From: Gemmatimonadota bacterium
GTDB lineage: Bacteria; JAAXHH01
Assembly (NCBI GenBank): GCA_026705925.1
Contig: JAPOZT010000015.1
Location: 123,144 to 187,143 of the forward strand
Direction: 5' to 3'
Length of the DNA stretch: 64,000 bases
Made by a program: the position numbers and the translations under genes. A model generated the notes under the pieces. That model had not been told where the DNA came from. It ran no database searches and saw only the letters and a list, made by a program, of their open reading frames with translations. Shown in pieces: positions 56,091 to 64,000 of the stretch. Each line of letters opens with the position of its first letter. Position 1 is the first letter of the stretch.

Positions 56091-57392
56091 ATGTCCGATC
56101 TGTCCCGGTACATACAGGAAACGAAGCTTATCGACACCCACGAGCATCTCCGGTTCGAAGAGGACTGGGTCGCCAACGGGCCGGACGTGTTGCAGGATCT
56201 CTTCGAGAACTACGTCCCGGCGGATCTCGTGGTCGCCGGCGCTTCGCAGGAGGATGTAAACGCCCTGCTGGATCCCCGGAAGGGCGACGTGGCGGCACGC
56301 TTCGAACCGGTCCGGCCGGCCTGGGAAGCCGTTAAGCACACGGGGTACGGCGAAGCGGTGCGCATCCTGGCGGAAGACGTGTACGGGATGGCAGAGATTA
56401 CCGTCGACGGCCTGGAGGAGGCGCAGGCCGAGAACGACCGGTTACGGGGCTCCGGCCAGCGGCTGGCGCTCCTGCGGGACCGCGCGGGCCTGGATCACGT
56501 GCAAATCGACAACTTCGTCTGGGCGTGCGAACCGGATGTCTCCGGACCGGATTTCTTCCTTTACGACCTGTCCTGGGTGGGATTCTGCAACGGCGAGGTA
56601 CCCGTGGAGAACATCGCGGAGGAAACGGGGATTACCGTGAACAACCTCGGCAGCCTTCGGGACGCCATGGCCGCCATCTTCGCGAAGTACGGTCCCCACG
56701 CCATCGCCGTCAAGGCACAGCACGCCTATTCCAGGACGCTCCGGTGGGAGGAGCGTAGCGACGAGGAAGCGGCAAGGGCCCTGGAGATGGTGCTGAGTAA
56801 TCCCGATGGTGCGCCGGAGGAAGCGTCGCTGTGCCTGGGTGACTGGGGCTGGGCGCGGGGCGTGGAACTATCCATCGAGCACAATCTGCCGTTCAAGATC
56901 CACACCGGTTACTACGCGGGTCACAGTCGGATGCCGGTGGACAGGATCAAAAGCGGCAATCTTTGTGGACTGCTGGCGCGCTACCTCGACGCCCGGTTCG
57001 TGCTGATGCACATCGCCTACCCCTACAGCCACGAGTTGATCGCCCTTGCCAAGCACTATCCAAATGTCTGGGTGGACCTCTGCTGGGCCTGGTCCATCGA
57101 CCCTTTCAGTTCCTGCGATTTCGTCCGCCGCTTCATCCACGCCGTGCCGATCAACAAGCTGTTCGCCTTCGGCGGGGACACCGGCTGGCCCACCAGCGCC
57201 TATGCCTACGCGGTGCAGGCGCGAAAGTGGCTCGGCCGCGCCCTGGAAGGCGAGGTAAGCGACGGTCTGCTCACCGAAAAACAGGCCATGGACGTGGCGC
57301 TCCGGCTCATGCAGACCAACCAGCGTGAGTGTTTCGATATCGCCGGAACGCGGGGGAATATCGCGCGGTCCCTGGAATCCGCCGGAGCCTAA
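56091..57392 (+). CDS. Amidohydrolase-family protein (Amidohydro_2/uronate isomerase-like)
   Basis: AGGAGG RBS; IDTHEH, KIHTG, FVLMHIAYPY, PNVWVDLCW, AFGGD. Confidence 0.88.
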   Translation: MSDLSRYIQETKLIDTHEHLRFEEDWVANGPDVLQDLFENYVPADLVVAGASQEDVNALLDPRKGDVAARFEPVRPAWEAVKHTGYGEAVRILAEDVYGMAEITVDGLEEAQAENDRLRGSGQRLALLRDRAGLDHVQIDNFVWACEPDVSGPDFFLYDLSWVGFCNGEVPVENIAEETGITVNNLGSLRDAMAAIFAKYGPHAIAVKAQHAYSRTLRWEERSDEEAARALEMVLSNPDGAPEEASLCLGDWGWARGVELSIEHNLPFKIHTGYYAGHSRMPVDRIKSGNLCGLLARYLDARFVLMHIAYPYSHELIALAKHYPNVWVDLCWAWSIDPFSSCDFVRRFIHAVPINKLFAFGGDTGWPTSAYAYAVQARKWLGRALEGEVSDGLLTEKQAMDVALRLMQTNQRECFDIAGTRGNIARSLESAGA

Positions 57393-57399
57393 AAACGGG

Positions 57400-57428
57400 T
57401 TGCGATCGGGCGTGTCGTGCCTTATATT
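57400..57428 (+). promoter_or_regulatory. Putative sigma70 promoter of tRNA-Thr
   Basis: TTGCGA-17 bp-TATATT. Confidence 0.65.
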
Positions 57429-57445
57429 GAGCGCGGTTTTACCAG

Positions 57446-57518
57446 GCCACGATAGCTCAGTTGGTAGAGCAATTCATTCGTAATGAATAGGTCGTCGGTT
57501 CGAGTCCGACTCGTGGCT
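57446..57518 (+). tRNA. tRNA-Thr (anticodon CGT)
   Basis: GCCACGA/TCGTGGC acceptor, ATTCA-TTCGTAA-TGAAT anticodon arm, GGTTCGAGTCC; no encoded CCA. Confidence 0.96.
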
Positions 57519-60500
57519 TTCAAACCCTTCCAGCAACGTGTCGATCGTCTGATCTATAGCGATCTCCGACTGCAGCGTCTCTACCGGAATCGACACGTGC
57601 AACCCCGCCTCTATACGGTTTCTCAATTCCACGGCCATAAGGGAATCCACCCCCAGACTACGCCAGGTCTGCCCCGGTTCCACGCTCTCCGGGTCCACTT
57701 CCAGAATCCGGCCGATCGCATCGGTCACGTAGTCCTTGATGTAGGCACGAAGTTTGCCTGCGGTCAGCGCGTTCAAATCCGCCTTCGATAGCGGTGTGAT
57801 CGACGGTTGTGCGAGGTCTGGACGATCATCCGAATGCAGGTACGGTGCGAGCAGCGATTCTGCGACGGGTTCCGTCGTAGGAACCACGCCAACACGGTGG
57901 ACCTCCCGGCGCAACAATCGGTCGAGTAGTGCACCGGCCTCATCGGGCGGGATCGGTCGCAGTCCCTGCCGCCTGAGACGATCGACGGCGTGTTCGTCTG
58001 CCGCCATGCCCGTACCTTCCCATGGTCCCCAGTTGATCGACGTCACTGGGAGGCCTTCCTGACGCCTGAGGTCTGCCAGACCGTCCATATAGGCATTCGC
58101 AGCGGCATAGGACGCCTGGCCCGCGGTGCCGACAAGGGAGGCTGCCGAGGAAAACAGGACGAAGAGGTCCAGGTCGAGGTCCCTTGTCAACTCGTGCAGC
58201 ATCCAGGCACCGGTTGTCTTGGGTCCGAGGACTTTGCGGAACCGTTCCACCGTCTGGGTGAGCAGAATGCCGTCGTCCAGCACGCCGGCCGCGTGGAAAA
58301 CACCCCTGACCGGTCCATGCACGGTTTCCAAATCAGTCATGAGCCGCTCCATCGCCTTCCTGTCGGTCACATCGGCCTGCACATACCTGACATTTCTGCC
58401 AGGATCGGCTTCCAGCGCCGTCTCCTCGACTCTCCTTCGGCCCGAGATGACCACCAGACCGGCTCCCCGGTCGAGCAGCCAGTCTGTCAGGATTCGGCCG
58501 ATCCCGCCCGCGCCGCCCGTGACGAGGTAAGTCCCGCCCGGACGTATGACTGGGTCGTCATCGCCCAGGTTCACCGGAATCGGCGCTTCGTCGTCCACGA
58601 GCACCAGTTTGCCCGTGTGCCGGGCCTGCGACATGAACCGGAAGGCCTCCGTCGCCCGTGCTATTGGGAAAGTCTGATAGGGCAAGGGCTGTATCGTGCC
58701 AGCCCCGGCCATTTCGACGATCTCTTGCAACAAGCTACCTGCCCGGACCGGCCGTTCCTCGATGAACTGCGCGAGATCGATGGGATGATAGGACCGGTTT
58801 TGGTCGAAATGGTTTAGTTCGATGGATCCGTGGTTCAGCACATCGGTTTTCCCGATCTCGATGAAACGCCCCTGGGGAGCCAGCACGGACAGGGAAGCCT
58901 GCATGGCGGGACCGGAGAGGGTATTGAGCACGATATCAATGCCCTTACCATCCGTCTTATCCATGATTTCCTCGGCGAAACCCAGAGTTCGGGAATCCAT
59001 GACATTGGAAATTCCCATGCCCTTCAATAAGGCGCGTTTTTCAGGGGATCCGGCCGTGGCGAATACCTCGGCCTCCGCCTGTTGAGCGATTTGCAGGGCG
59101 GCCAGTCCCACCCCGCCGGTGGCGTTGTGAACGAGAACGCGGTCTCCAGCGGAAATCCCGCCCCGTATCACGAGCCCCAGGTACGCCGTCAGAAAAGCCA
59201 CGGGCAGCGTGGCGGCCTCCTCGATGCCCAGATGCTCAGGCCTGCGGACAACCAGGTTTGCCTTCGCGGTGACGTGTCCGGCCATGGTCGCAGGCATCAT
59301 CCCCATGACCACGTCGCCCATTTCCATGGAGTCCACCTGGTCGCCGTGTGCGAACACTTCGCCGACGCATTCCCATCCAAAGGACGGTTGGTGCCGTGAT
59401 GGATTTTTCAGCATGCCGAGTGCAGTCAGCACGTCCCGGAAATTTACTGCGGCGGCCCGCACGCGAATGACCACCTCGTCCGGTCCGGGGCAGGCAACCG
59501 GTTTCGTTTTGAAATGGAGGTCTTCGATTGATCCTGGTGTGGACTGAGATAGTACGTAACTTGTTTTTGAACAAGCAGTTATGGGTACGGTTTTCGCAAC
59601 GCTACGCACCGGATCGAAGGGAACGAGACAGCGTGTGAAAACACCAGTTCCCCGCAGCGCGATTTCACAGGGTGAAGTATCCGTGCTCACGATTTCCGCG
59701 AGACGCTTCACGTCTATCGCACCGGTCTCGCCGGTCCCGGCCGGCAGGTCGATCAGGGTACAGTTCAACTCGGGATGTTCGCGCATGGCGACTCGCCCGC
59801 AGCCCCAAATCGATGCGTGTGCCGGCGATGCACATTCGTCTGCCGTCGCGGACTGCGCACCCGCCGTGATCAGCCGCAGGCGACATGGAAGATTCGGGTT
59901 GTCCAGCACCGTACGGACCAGTTCAAAGGATTCCAGGGCGGGTCCGGTATGCGAGCAGGACTGCTGGCCGAGTTGTTGCCCGGACTGTCGGCCGGACAGC
60001 CCGTTGCCGCCTCCCGTCCAGATCCCCACCAAACCAACGCAGCTTCCGGTTTCGCATTTCACCGATCCCAGTTTTTCGGCCAGTGCGCTCCAGTTTTTCC
60101 CCAATTCATTACTCGAAATGTCGATGTATTCAGTCTTCACGCCGGGGTGCAACAGGGCATCGGCAAGTTTACTTCCAAGACTCGGGTCGTCGGAGAGTAC
60201 GATCCAGTGAGAGATCGATCCAGGTTGCAGGTGTTCGATCCAGTGATTGTCGGCCACCCACTCCTCGCGATACAGGCCGTGGGGGTTGTTTTTGATGTTA
60301 CGACGGCTACCCAAGCCGCTCACCCGGGACAGGACCACACCTTCCAAGGCCACCACGGGAAAGCCCTCTTCGTCTACGAGATATACGTCGGCCAGCAGGC
60401 CGTTGTCTTCCGAGGATTCTTGCAGCCTCGCATAGGCAACCAGGACTTCATCACGTTCTGGAAGTCTCTGCAGCACAATGTTTTTCACGCCGACCGGCAG

Positions 60501-63500
60501 ATGCGGGCTGTCATCCGGAGCGAGCAGCAGCAGGGCCTGCAGACCAGCATCCAGGACACCCGGGTGCAGGCGGTAGGGTCCGTGTCCTTCAGTGCTGGAT
60601 GCCAGGCTGATCAGGACCTCCCGCTCGGAGTACACGGCCTCGTCGACCTGACGGAAGGCGGGACCGTACTCAAACCCCAGTTCGGCGGCGCGTTCGTAGA
60701 ATCGCCGGTGCGTGATCCGGCGATCGCAACGGGACCTGATGGCTTCCAGATCGATGGTTTCGGACAACCCGGTCACGCCGGATCTTCCGGTTCGCATGTG
60801 CGCCAGCCAGGTCGAAGCCGTTTCCTTAGATTCGGGTTTGGAGGACAGGGTATACCGGTTCTGCCTGCGCACGACCTGGACGAGGTGGGCACCGATTTCG
60901 GACAGTAACAGGGGCTGCAGGAGTTCGAGTCCGGCGAAAGCGACGGGCAACTCCGCCTCCTCGAGTGTCTCGTAGAGCATTTCGATCTGCCCCGTAAGCG
61001 GCATGATCGATCGGTCCAGCACCGTGTGGTCCGCCAGGATCGGGTGGGATGCCAGGCTGATCGCCCGTTCCCATACCCGGGAGTCGGGGTCGACGGACGA
61101 TTCGACGACCCGACCGATCAACGGGTGCAGATACCGCTGACCGGCTGGACCACCCTGGCCACCCAGATAGTCCGAGTTGTCCCGGTTGTCCAGCCCACCG
61201 GGATGTACTGGCAAGCCATCCAGCCAGTACCGCTCCTTCTGCCAGGGGTATGACGGCAACGGAACACGCGTTCGGGGCGGGTCCACCAGGCGCTCCCAGT
61301 GGATATCGTGTCCATGGACATAGCATTTGGCCACGGATTCGAGCAGGACGTCCCACGCACTGCGATCGCGCCGAAGCGTGGCGAGGGCGTGGCCGGGCCG
61401 GTTGTGTAGAGCCAGGTTTTCGTAGATGGCCGCAGAAAGCACCGGATGGGGGCCGATCTGGATGTAAAGCGTCTCCCCGACACCCGGGATCTGTTCGAAA
61501 ACCCGGTTGAATAGGACGGGACGGCGGATGTTCCGCCACCAGTGTTCCGCGTCGAGCTCCGTTCCGTCTGTCTGCACGCCCGTAACCGTCGACAACAGAG
61601 GTATGTGGGTTTTCGAGGGCGACAATCCGTTCAGGGACGCCAGGAAGTCGTCGCGTATCCCATCCATTTGCCCGCTGTGATAGGCGATTTCGGTGTGCAG
61701 CTTCTGGCAGAAGTGTTTTCGATCTTCGATCGCGGCCTGCAACCGCTCGATCTCCGCTGCCTCCCCCGAAATGGTCACGGAAACCGGACTGTTGACCGCG
61801 GCGATGGACAGGCCGTCGTCATAGGGCTGGACCAGCTTCTCGGCCTCGCCCGATGACACGCCTACCGCCAGCATCTCACCCCTACCCTGCATCTCCTTCT
61901 GCAGTCTGCTACGCTGATAGATGATGCGAACCCCTTCTTCCAGGGACAGCGCGCCCGAGACGCAGGCCCCGGCGATTTCCCCGACACTGTGGCCGACGAC
62001 GATCTGCGGTTCGACGCCCAGGGACCGCCACAGGGCCGCCAGCGCCCACTGCAGCGCCATGTTGGCGGGCTGGGCAGTCTCGACGTCTGTCATTCGCTCC
62101 CCTGGCGTTCCATTCTGCATCAGTTCGAGCAAGGACGAGCCCGAAACGGCCGCAAACAGGCGGTCGAACTCAACTAGTGCTTCGCGGTACGCTGGCGCGG
62201 CATCGTACAATGCCTGGCCCATGCCATACCACTGGGGGCCCATGCCGGTGAAGACAAACACGACAGGTGTCGCATGGGTTCCGGCGTGTGCGGTTTCGAG
62301 ACGATCCGGGATACCGCCGTCACAGAACGTTTCGAGGTTCCGGGCGGCTTCTCCCGGTTCCTCGAATACCAGCGCCAGGCGGCGATCAAGATGGGATCGG
62401 TGCAACGCGAGCGCGGCCGCAAGATCATCAGGCGGCGTATCCCGGTGGTTTCGGATCAGGGATGCGGTGTCCGAAGCCTTTTCCTTCAGCGCGGCGGTGC
62501 TATGCGCGGACAGGACCAGGATCTGGGGAGTTCGCTGATCGGACTGGCGCTGGCCAGACGTACCTTGGTGATCGGCCGCACTACGTAAGCCTACCTCTTC
62601 GACTGCGGTCGGTCCGTTTTCTGGTCGTGCGTATGCGGTCGGGTCGCCACCTGTTCGCGTACCCGCGGTATACCCGACGGATTCCGCGACCGGCGGGGAT
62701 CCGAGCACGACATGGGCGTTGGCGCCGCCGAATCCGAAGGAATTCACACCGGCATAGGTGGGACCGGGGATGCTGACCGGCTCGGTGGCCACCTTCAGCC
62801 CGAGATCTTCGAAGGGGATATCAGGATTCGGATGGTCGAAGTGCAGGGAGGGTGGCAGGACGCCGTGCTTGAGCGCCAGCGCCGCCTTTATGAGACCCGC
62901 GACCCCGGCCGCGGCCTCGGTGTGGCCGATATTGGTCTTCACCGAACCAATCAGGCAGCCCGCGCCGTCCGTGACCCGTCCTTCCTCCGTGGCACGTCCG
63001 ATGGCCATCGCTTCAATGGGGTCGCCCGTGGGCGTTCCCGTGCCATGGGCTTCCACGAAGGCAAACTGAGCGGCGCTTACGCCACCAGCGCGGGCGGCCG
63101 CCTCAATGACGGTTTGCTGGGCGCTTTGCCCCGGGACCGTCAGGCCGCGGCTGCGCCCGTCCTGGTTGATCGCGGACCCGTGAATAACCGCGTAGATCGT
63201 ATCGCCGTCGGCCAGCGCTTCGGACAGGCGTTTCAGCACGACGATGCCCGCGCCGTCGCTTCGTCCGTAACCGTTTGCCCCCTGGTCAAAGGCCCTGCAG
63301 CGCCCATCCGGCGACAGCATCTGCGCCTGCGCGAATCCGCAGGACGTCTGAGGCGTCAGCAGCAGATTGGCGCCACCGGCGAGGGCGGCCGTGCACGTCC
63401 CGGCCTGGAGGTCCCTGCAGGCCAGGTGTATAGCCGTCAGTGACGAAGAACAGGCCGTATCCACCGCGATACTCGGGCCCTTCAGGTCCAGGAAGTAGGA

Positions 63501-63962
63501 AATCCGGTTCGCCGCGATGCTCAGCGTCCCGCCCGTGTTGGTGTGCATGCCGACCTGTGAAGGCGCGGCATATCGCTGGAGGTCCCAGTATTCGTCCAGG
63601 AAGATCCCCATGTACACCCCGACGGGCCGGCATTCCAGCTTGGCCGGGGGGATCCGCGCGTCTTCAAGGGCTTCCCAGGCGAGTTCGAGCAGGATGCGCT
63701 GCTGGGGATCGATGTGACGGGCTTCCCGGGGCGAGATGCTGAAGAACGCCGCGTCGAACCGGTCGATTTCGTCGACGAATCCGCCCCATTCGGGAAAGTC
63801 CCCGCCGACCGGCCACGATTCCCAAAGCGATTTCCGTTCATCCGGAACCGGACGAATGGCGTCCCCGCCGTTCAGGACGAATTCCCAGAAGGACTGTGGC
63901 GTCGATATACCCCCGGGAAACCGGCAGGAGATGCCGGTTATGGCAATGGGATCACCGGACAT
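57474..63962 (-). CDS. Type I polyketide synthase module KS-AT-DH-ER-KR-ACP (may be 5'-partial)
   Basis: KS DTACSSS/HGTGT/NIGH; AT GHSVG and IAYHS; DH HTVLDRSIMP and DAGLQ; ER HNATGGVG; KR TGGAGGIG, LDD, YAAAN; ACP LGVDSL; frame stays open to the window edge above ATG 63962. Confidence 0.95.
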   Translation of the reverse strand: MSGDPIAITGISCRFPGGISTPQSFWEFVLNGGDAIRPVPDERKSLWESWPVGGDFPEWGGFVDEIDRFDAAFFSISPREARHIDPQQRILLELAWEALEDARIPPAKLECRPVGVYMGIFLDEYWDLQRYAAPSQVGMHTNTGGTLSIAANRISYFLDLKGPSIAVDTACSSSLTAIHLACRDLQAGTCTAALAGGANLLLTPQTSCGFAQAQMLSPDGRCRAFDQGANGYGRSDGAGIVVLKRLSEALADGDTIYAVIHGSAINQDGRSRGLTVPGQSAQQTVIEAAARAGGVSAAQFAFVEAHGTGTPTGDPIEAMAIGRATEEGRVTDGAGCLIGSVKTNIGHTEAAAGVAGLIKAALALKHGVLPPSLHFDHPNPDIPFEDLGLKVATEPVSIPGPTYAGVNSFGFGGANAHVVLGSPPVAESVGYTAGTRTGGDPTAYARPENGPTAVEEVGLRSAADHQGTSGQRQSDQRTPQILVLSAHSTAALKEKASDTASLIRNHRDTPPDDLAAALALHRSHLDRRLALVFEEPGEAARNLETFCDGGIPDRLETAHAGTHATPVVFVFTGMGPQWYGMGQALYDAAPAYREALVEFDRLFAAVSGSSLLELMQNGTPGERMTDVETAQPANMALQWALAALWRSLGVEPQIVVGHSVGEIAGACVSGALSLEEGVRIIYQRSRLQKEMQGRGEMLAVGVSSGEAEKLVQPYDDGLSIAAVNSPVSVTISGEAAEIERLQAAIEDRKHFCQKLHTEIAYHSGQMDGIRDDFLASLNGLSPSKTHIPLLSTVTGVQTDGTELDAEHWWRNIRRPVLFNRVFEQIPGVGETLYIQIGPHPVLSAAIYENLALHNRPGHALATLRRDRSAWDVLLESVAKCYVHGHDIHWERLVDPPRTRVPLPSYPWQKERYWLDGLPVHPGGLDNRDNSDYLGGQGGPAGQRYLHPLIGRVVESSVDPDSRVWERAISLASHPILADHTVLDRSIMPLTGQIEMLYETLEEAELPVAFAGLELLQPLLLSEIGAHLVQVVRRQNRYTLSSKPESKETASTWLAHMRTGRSGVTGLSETIDLEAIRSRCDRRITHRRFYERAAELGFEYGPAFRQVDEAVYSEREVLISLASSTEGHGPYRLHPGVLDAGLQALLLLAPDDSPHLPVGVKNIVLQRLPERDEVLVAYARLQESSEDNGLLADVYLVDEEGFPVVALEGVVLSRVSGLGSRRNIKNNPHGLYREEWVADNHWIEHLQPGSISHWIVLSDDPSLGSKLADALLHPGVKTEYIDISSNELGKNWSALAEKLGSVKCETGSCVGLVGIWTGGGNGLSGRQSGQQLGQQSCSHTGPALESFELVRTVLDNPNLPCRLRLITAGAQSATADECASPAHASIWGCGRVAMREHPELNCTLIDLPAGTGETGAIDVKRLAEIVSTDTSPCEIALRGTGVFTRCLVPFDPVRSVAKTVPITACSKTSYVLSQSTPGSIEDLHFKTKPVACPGPDEVVIRVRAAAVNFRDVLTALGMLKNPSRHQPSFGWECVGEVFAHGDQVDSMEMGDVVMGMMPATMAGHVTAKANLVVRRPEHLGIEEAATLPVAFLTAYLGLVIRGGISAGDRVLVHNATGGVGLAALQIAQQAEAEVFATAGSPEKRALLKGMGISNVMDSRTLGFAEEIMDKTDGKGIDIVLNTLSGPAMQASLSVLAPQGRFIEIGKTDVLNHGSIELNHFDQNRSYHPIDLAQFIEERPVRAGSLLQEIVEMAGAGTIQPLPYQTFPIARATEAFRFMSQARHTGKLVLVDDEAPIPVNLGDDDPVIRPGGTYLVTGGAGGIGRILTDWLLDRGAGLVVISGRRRVEETALEADPGRNVRYVQADVTDRKAMERLMTDLETVHGPVRGVFHAAGVLDDGILLTQTVERFRKVLGPKTTGAWMLHELTRDLDLDLFVLFSSAASLVGTAGQASYAAANAYMDGLADLRRQEGLPVTSINWGPWEGTGMAADEHAVDRLRRQGLRPIPPDEAGALLDRLLRREVHRVGVVPTTEPVAESLLAPYLHSDDRPDLAQPSITPLSKADLNALTAGKLRAYIKDYVTDAIGRILEVDPESVEPGQTWRSLGVDSLMAVELRNRIEAGLHVSIPVETLQSEIAIDQTIDTLLEGFESHESDSNRRPIHYE

Positions 63963-64000
63963 GGCTCGCGGTCCTGAGATAGGTCCAGTCGGCGTTTCCG

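Noticed and set aside
63952..63999. Separate upstream gene ending GNADWTYLRTASHVR* overlapping the PKS start
   Set aside because: Too short to support; the PKS frame itself is also open to the window edge, so the two options cannot be distinguished here

Overview
GC-rich bacterial chromosome segment with about 45 catabolic, transport and housekeeping genes. The gene repertoire (many Gfo/Idh/MocA, TIM-barrel isomerase and amidohydrolase genes, a DUF6785-type membrane protein, futalosine pathway) resembles uncultured Latescibacterota/Gemmatimonadota/Poribacteria-like genomes; this is inference only. Contents include a peptide ABC transporter, oligopeptidase A, mqnB/mqnD, a PQQ dehydrogenase-DUF1080-TonB receptor-cytochrome c run, a dimethylformamidase-like cluster, four tRNAs (Pro-CGG, Pro-GGG, Arg-CCT, Thr-CGT) and a fully reducing type I PKS module. 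Highlights: (1) a hidden UGSC-family selenoprotein (in-frame TGA plus SECIS-like hairpin) that the ORF track splits in two, behind its GWSDGLPVVPPT partner and a monoheme cytochrome c; (2) the PKS has no stop codon of its own and terminates inside the antisense of tRNA-Thr; (3) a sulfatase-fold enzyme with Thr at the formylglycine position; (4) a membrane gene that seems to need a non-canonical ATA start; (5) pervasive short tandem micro-duplications at gene termini and in loops. No CRISPR array, rRNA, integrase or transposase was seen. All product calls are from motif recognition by eye, without database searches.
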